From the human T2T-CHM13v2.0 reference genome, Homo sapiens: a DNA stretch of 64,000 bases. Shown one piece after another: positions 58,553 through 64,000 of the stretch. Position 1 is the first letter of the stretch. The number at the start of each line of letters is the position of its first letter. The position numbers and the translations under genes are program-made. The stretch lies in the NCBI RefSeq assembly GCF_009914755.1, contig NC_060926.1; one strand, given 5' to 3'. The notes under the pieces were generated by a model that saw only the letters and a program-made list of their open reading frames with translations, was not told the origin of the DNA and did not search any database.

Positions 58553-59815
58553 AAAATTACTTGAAATTAACTCCCATTTTATTGCTTAATCTTGTTCTAA
58601 GATATAAATCAGGGATTTGATAGCTGTGCATATGTTTTCTAATACACCTAAAAATATATACCACTATTACATTATTTTAAACTCATTAATATATCCCTAA
58701 AGTCATTGCCCACATCACCAGTATGCATGTCATGCACTTGAAGAAATACAATTCCAGAACAATGCAAAGATTCCAGAAAAGATAAAATAACCACAAGATA
58801 AATAAATAAATTACAATAGTAATAAAGATATCAAAGATTCAGGATATGAGTTCATTTCATAGAAGCTAAATTAAACAGCTGTTTCATTTTCACCTAAGGT
58901 GGCCAATGGGACAGCTTGTATTTAGGTGATTTGCTGATTAGATTGTGTGTGATGGTCTCTGGGTGTTACTGATAAACACCCAGCCAGACTGCAGTGTTTC
59001 TTTGCACCTTGTAATTCTTATGATCACACTCTAACTCTGCCTTAGTATCCTTGGATGATATCCCCTTGGCAAAACTAAATGGAATGGGGACAACCTCTGA
59101 CAGAAGAAATAGAGAAGGCAATGCCAAGGGGAAAATAATAGGGCCTCATTGCAGATTTGAGATTTTGGGGATTGAACTAGGAGTGACATCTGTCTTTTAA
59201 ACTTGCATAAAGGAAATCCAGTGACTTCTGGTCCTAGGTGAAACTCTGTAAGAGCCATGATAAGTAATTAAAACCATGTCGTTTGGCAAAGAATAAGTTG
59301 CATCAGATGTTAGTGTTTCAGCTATTAATACAGGTTGCTACTGAACCACAAAGAGCCATTCCCCTTCATGGATTCTCTCTTTTATTGTAGTAACACTGCA
59401 TATCCTCTCCTCTTCCAGAGAGTACTACAGAAACCCATCAGAAGGGATTCATAGAACCTTCTTATATTCTGCACCAAGAAACTATGACATCATTACAGCT
59501 CACACATGGAACAACTTTAGTGTAAACAGTAAGTTAAGATCTTACTTGCCTCAAATAAATGGTTGAAGACTCTGTTCCTACACTGCAACTTTCTTTTTAC
59601 TATCTCTCTGCTTTTTAATTAATATTATTAGCCTAATACCACTTATGTTAAGCCTGACCTAAACTTCTCACTTCAGGAAGCTAAAGAAGGTTTTGTGTTT
59701 TCTTGGTCCGGCCTCCTTGATCATTGTTGTCTATAAGCAAAGATTTTCTAATTAAGATACGACAAAAGCTTGGGGTTAGAGAAAATAAACTTTAAGTTAG
59801 AAAGGGTTAAGAGGA

Positions 59816-60108
<293 letters not shown>

Positions 60109-60194
60109 AGAAAGGTTAGGAGGAATATTAAAATAAGTTGCAAATTGTGACAGCTGTCCAACTAAATTAGAAAGAAAGGCATAGAATTTTATTA

Positions 60195-61200
60195 TTCTTT
60201 ACTTATTCAATTAACTAATATTTATTGAGCATCAACCACATATCAGGTACTAGTGATACAATGGTGCACAAGATAGATATAGTCCCTGGCCTCCAGGAGA
60301 CTGTGTTCCAATAGAGGAAAAAGACAAAGAAAGTAGAAAAAAAAGAAACATAACAAAAAGTTTCCAAGTTACATGAAGTAGAGAATAAAAGAAGTCCATT
60401 TTAGTGTGGTTAAAAAAAACCCTGAGGGAGTCTAAGACCCAAAGGAAAAGGAGCTTACCACAAAAAGAATATTCTAGACAGTGACAATTTGTGTTAAGAT
60501 TATGAGCAGAAAGATGATTGGCAGAGTCAAGGATTTGAAGGGAGACTAGTGTGACTGGAGGGTTAGGGTTAGGGAGGCCACAGTGGAACAAGTGAAACTG
60601 GAGAGTTAGGTAGGATGCAATCCCAGAGGATCTTGTAGGCTTTGAGAATGAGTTTAGAAGTGCTTTTTGTTTGTTTGTTGATACATGTATTAACAGTCAA
60701 AGAAGAATTTTAATCAAGAGTCAAATTTTTTTGCAATTTGAAGTTGAAGAAAACTAGAGTGCCTGCTATATAGAGGGTAGATGGCTGAGATAAGAGTAGA
60801 AATAGGAAGCTGTGTTGGAGGCTGTGTTCCAGATGAGAGATGATGGTGGTCAGGCTAGGAGGAAGGCGTGGAAGACAGAAAAGTGATGCAATTCAAAAAT
60901 ATATATTAAAAGTGGTCTTGGTGAATTTGCTCACAGGTTAGAAGTGAGGATGATATGGGGAAAAGGAGGGCACCAAGGATAATTCCTAGATTTGTGACTG
61001 AGCAGCTAGAACCATAATTGTGTTTACTGATATGTGAAAAACTAAGAAGAAAGCAGATGAGAGAAACGAGCTGGATCATAATTTTAACTTTGAACAAGTC
61101 ATGGTTGGGTCAATAGTGAGGCACCTGAATTGTGGTCTTAAGCATAAAGTTGAATGAGTGAGCCCAGAGCTGGGGATAGACTTTGAGAAATCATTAGCAT
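60195..61200 (-). mobile_element. L2 (L2a-like) 3' portion
   Basis: ttattcaa...atatttattgagcatcaac...ggaggctgtgttccagatgagagatgatggtgg...caaggataattcctagattt. Confidence 0.8.
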
Positions 61201-61524
61201 AGGAACTTTTTTTTAGTGGTACGTGGTAAGACTCTGTCCTCCATCTTATATTATTCTACATTTTTATTTATAAACATTAAAAGGACATAGAAATTAATAG
61301 AACATACGTTTATTGTTTGTAAGTTTTAATCCCAATTGCACTTACTTCATGAAATATTTCAACACCCTTCTCATCCAATTTAAAAATGGCACACTATACA
61401 GAATGAATATCAAGCAATTTGAAAAGCCGACTCAATATTTAAAATCTCTTTGACGGGCTGTATTGGTAGCCTATAGCTAATAATTACCATACATTTATGA
61501 CAGAGATACAACCACCAAATATCT

Positions 61525-62006
61525 TAGGTTAGTTATCTATTGCCCAAATAATGCTATGTAAAAGTCACCATAAAATCTCAGTGGAGGTCGGGAGTTCGAG
61601 ACCAGCCTGACCAACATGGAGAAATCCCATGTCATTGGGTCAGCTTACTGGTTCCAAGAGGAAAATGAGATGAGGTGAAATTTGGGAAATTCTGAATGAT
61701 CTAGTGTATTCTTAGAAATTGATGATGACCATTAGTATATCAGAAATTTTGGGATGATACCAAGGAAGAAATGTTTTTAATTTTGCTTGGCCTAGCATTG
61801 CCTAACCATATTCAAACACAGCCAAAGGAAGAAAAAGTATGAACCATGTAGAACCCAGAAGAGGTACATCACTTCTGCCCACATGCCATTGGCCAGAACT
61901 CAGCCATATGGTCACACCTAACAATAAAGGAGGCCAGAAAATAAAATCTAGCCATGCCCAAAAGGGAAAGGAATTGTATTCTTGGGAACAACTAGTTTTT
62001 GCCACA
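61525..62006 (-). mobile_element. MLT1J-like LTR: both ends present, middle disrupted
   Basis: agttatctattgcccaaataatgctatgta...aaaatctcagtgg at the left; acatcacttctgcccacatgccattggccagaact...tttgccaca at the right. Confidence 0.65.
61584..61633 (+). mobile_element. Isolated ~50-bp internal Alu fragment (AluSp-like B-box region)
   Basis: gaggtcgggagttcgagaccagcctgaccaacatggagaaatcccatgtc, with no Alu 5' end, A tail or TSD. Confidence 0.88.
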
Positions 62007-62924
62007 AATACCAATTAATAACATCTTGAAGAACAAATGTTGCACAAACCAGACTGAATTGTATGCCATATGCTTTACCTATTTGAAGTATGATTAGAGA
62101 CTTTCTAAGTTCCAATTCTAACACCTACAAGTTTATCTTTAAGGTATGCTTAGGTAATGCAGTAGACAGCTATTCTGCTCTAATTTGATAAAGTAAAATA
62201 AATACTCTGAAAGATTTTATTTCTCTTAATTACAACATTAAGGAAGCAATATTAAATCTTAATTCAGAAGTAGAAAGAAAAGAGTATGAGACTGTAAAGC
62301 TTAGGTCTAGATCCCTCTACTCTTTTAGATTAACACAGAAATAGAGGTTAGAGATTTGAAAGAAATGGGTTGTTCATGACCCATTCGACAGTCTTTCTTA
62401 TATATCAGATGTCTCAAACAAGCTTTGGATTAGTAATGGCTCAAATTCAATTAATGGTTGAATCATCTAATGAATATTTGCAATGTTGATATCCATGCTT
62501 TGAGTTGAAAAAGTATGAACATGATTTGGTGTTTAGGCAGGCAAGAAGCAGACTGGCATTTGAGTGTGAAAGTTCTAAAACCTGGCTTGCTTTTTCTCCA
62601 AGGCACACAGTCAGCTACTAGCCTAAGAATAGGTCATGGGGCTATCCTGCTTGAGGGTAGAATCAGGAAGTTCCTGGAAGAGAAGTAATGAGTTAACTCT
62701 AGCACTGTGAGATCCACAGAGGTGATACCCTAGAGTTCTGAATCCATCATGTGGATTTGGAAAAACAGTAAAGACAGTTTTACTAATAGTTGTATTGTCT
62801 ATAAAGGAACCTAAATACATGTGGAATAAAAGACTTTCCAAAGAAGACTTGTGTCCCTGTGGGCCCTCCAGGTTGAGTTAATTCAAAACCTATCTTGAAA
62901 AGTTTAACTGGTCAGTTCACAATT

Positions 62925-63075
62925 ATCCCATTTATAGAATTAGAACATATCTCGGAAGTAATCTAATTTCCACATTTTTTAGGCGATAAACTTAAAGTCC
63001 ACATATGCAAAGTCTCCTGGCAAAAATTACATGTAATTTGTGGCAGAACTGACCATAAACCTCATGTATCTAATG
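62925..63075 (-). mobile_element. MIR fragment
   Basis: atctaatttccacattttttaggcgataaacttaaagtcc...tttgtggcagaactg. Confidence 0.5.
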
Positions 63076-64000
63076 GAATTGCACAATGCCTAACTGATAC
63101 CTTATTTCAAAGTATTTCAATGAGCTATTTACACTGCTATTTACGTAGCAAAGATGAAAATATAAAACATAAATTTGGGTTTTCTTCAAAACTTATTGAG
63201 TGCTGTGATAGGTACTGGTTTTACAGCAAGTAAAAAAAAGTCAGTTGTTGTAAGGACTAAATGAGCTAATATGGTGTGCACTTAGAATAGGGTTTGGCGA
63301 ATAACAGATGATCAACAGATGTTTGCTGCTGTTCTTTGTTGTTGTTATTCCTGTTTTTATGGAGTTTCAGTAAGACAAGAAAACATTTCCTGGTTGGTTT
63401 CTTCTTTGTAAAGTCTCATGTACTGTGTTTGTGGCTTCATGAAATTTATTCCATAAGAACACCTGACACAAGCCCCCTATTCTTTCGTGGACTTCATTCC
63501 TGTGTAATTGCAATCCAGAGCTTGTTTGGTAAGGTGTTTCCTCAGAATATTTATATTTAGCAGCTGATTTGAAGCAAACAAATTTGTATTAATACTTTTT
63601 ACTACGTTTTCTGAATTCACTAAGTGTGCAGTTGTAGCGGCTACTAATCTTTGCCAACAAAAGACAAGAAAGGAGGGAGGGAGGGAGAGAGATCAAATGA
63701 TGATGATTCAGATTCTTTAATTTATAAATGCTAAGGAGGGTGAATGTTGGTATTGCTGGGACTACATAAATGAAGGAGATTCATATTTTTCCTTAGTGGG
63801 CTTTACTTACTAATGTAATGGGGATAAAGAAAGTGCAAAGATAACAAGATGCAGGTGAGAATGGAGAAGCAAAAAGTTCTCTAAGGGAACCAAAGAAACT
63901 CAGAAGAAATTCAGAGGAGGCAAGGCCACTTGCCTTTGAAATCATCAAGAGCAGTGACCGTTGGGTCAAAGAGGAAGGTGTTAAACTCATGATGAAACAG

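Noticed and set aside
58260-58750. Possible hAT-Charlie DNA transposon remnant around the FLAM
   Set aside because: Only the right end (caccagtatgcatgtcatgcacttgaagaaataca) is suggestive, and I could not find a matching left terminus.

Overview
This is AT-rich, CpG-depleted primate (human-like) genomic DNA with no recognisable host protein-coding exon, so it is intergenic or deep intronic. It holds a processed LSM6 pseudogene (275-741) and many interspersed repeats: 11 Alu elements or fragments, MIR, L2, old L1M pieces, MaLR and ERVL solo LTRs, and two MADE1 hairpins. The most notable feature is a young 4.5-kb L1PA2-type insertion (40101-44648, 16-bp target-site duplication). A twin-priming inversion cut its ORF2 into two halves that are both still open and point away from each other: endonuclease residues 1-420 on the minus strand and RT/C-terminal residues 423-1275 on the plus strand, with only 2 codons lost. 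Other oddities are an unexplained diverged ~165-300 bp direct repeat 1.77 kb apart, a tail-less 50-bp internal Alu fragment inside an LTR, several perfect recent tandem duplications, a fully paired miR-548-like hairpin, and a perfect NRF1 palindrome. I see no convincing new multi-gene system. Repeat subfamily names come from remembered consensus sequences, and boundaries of old repeats are approximate.
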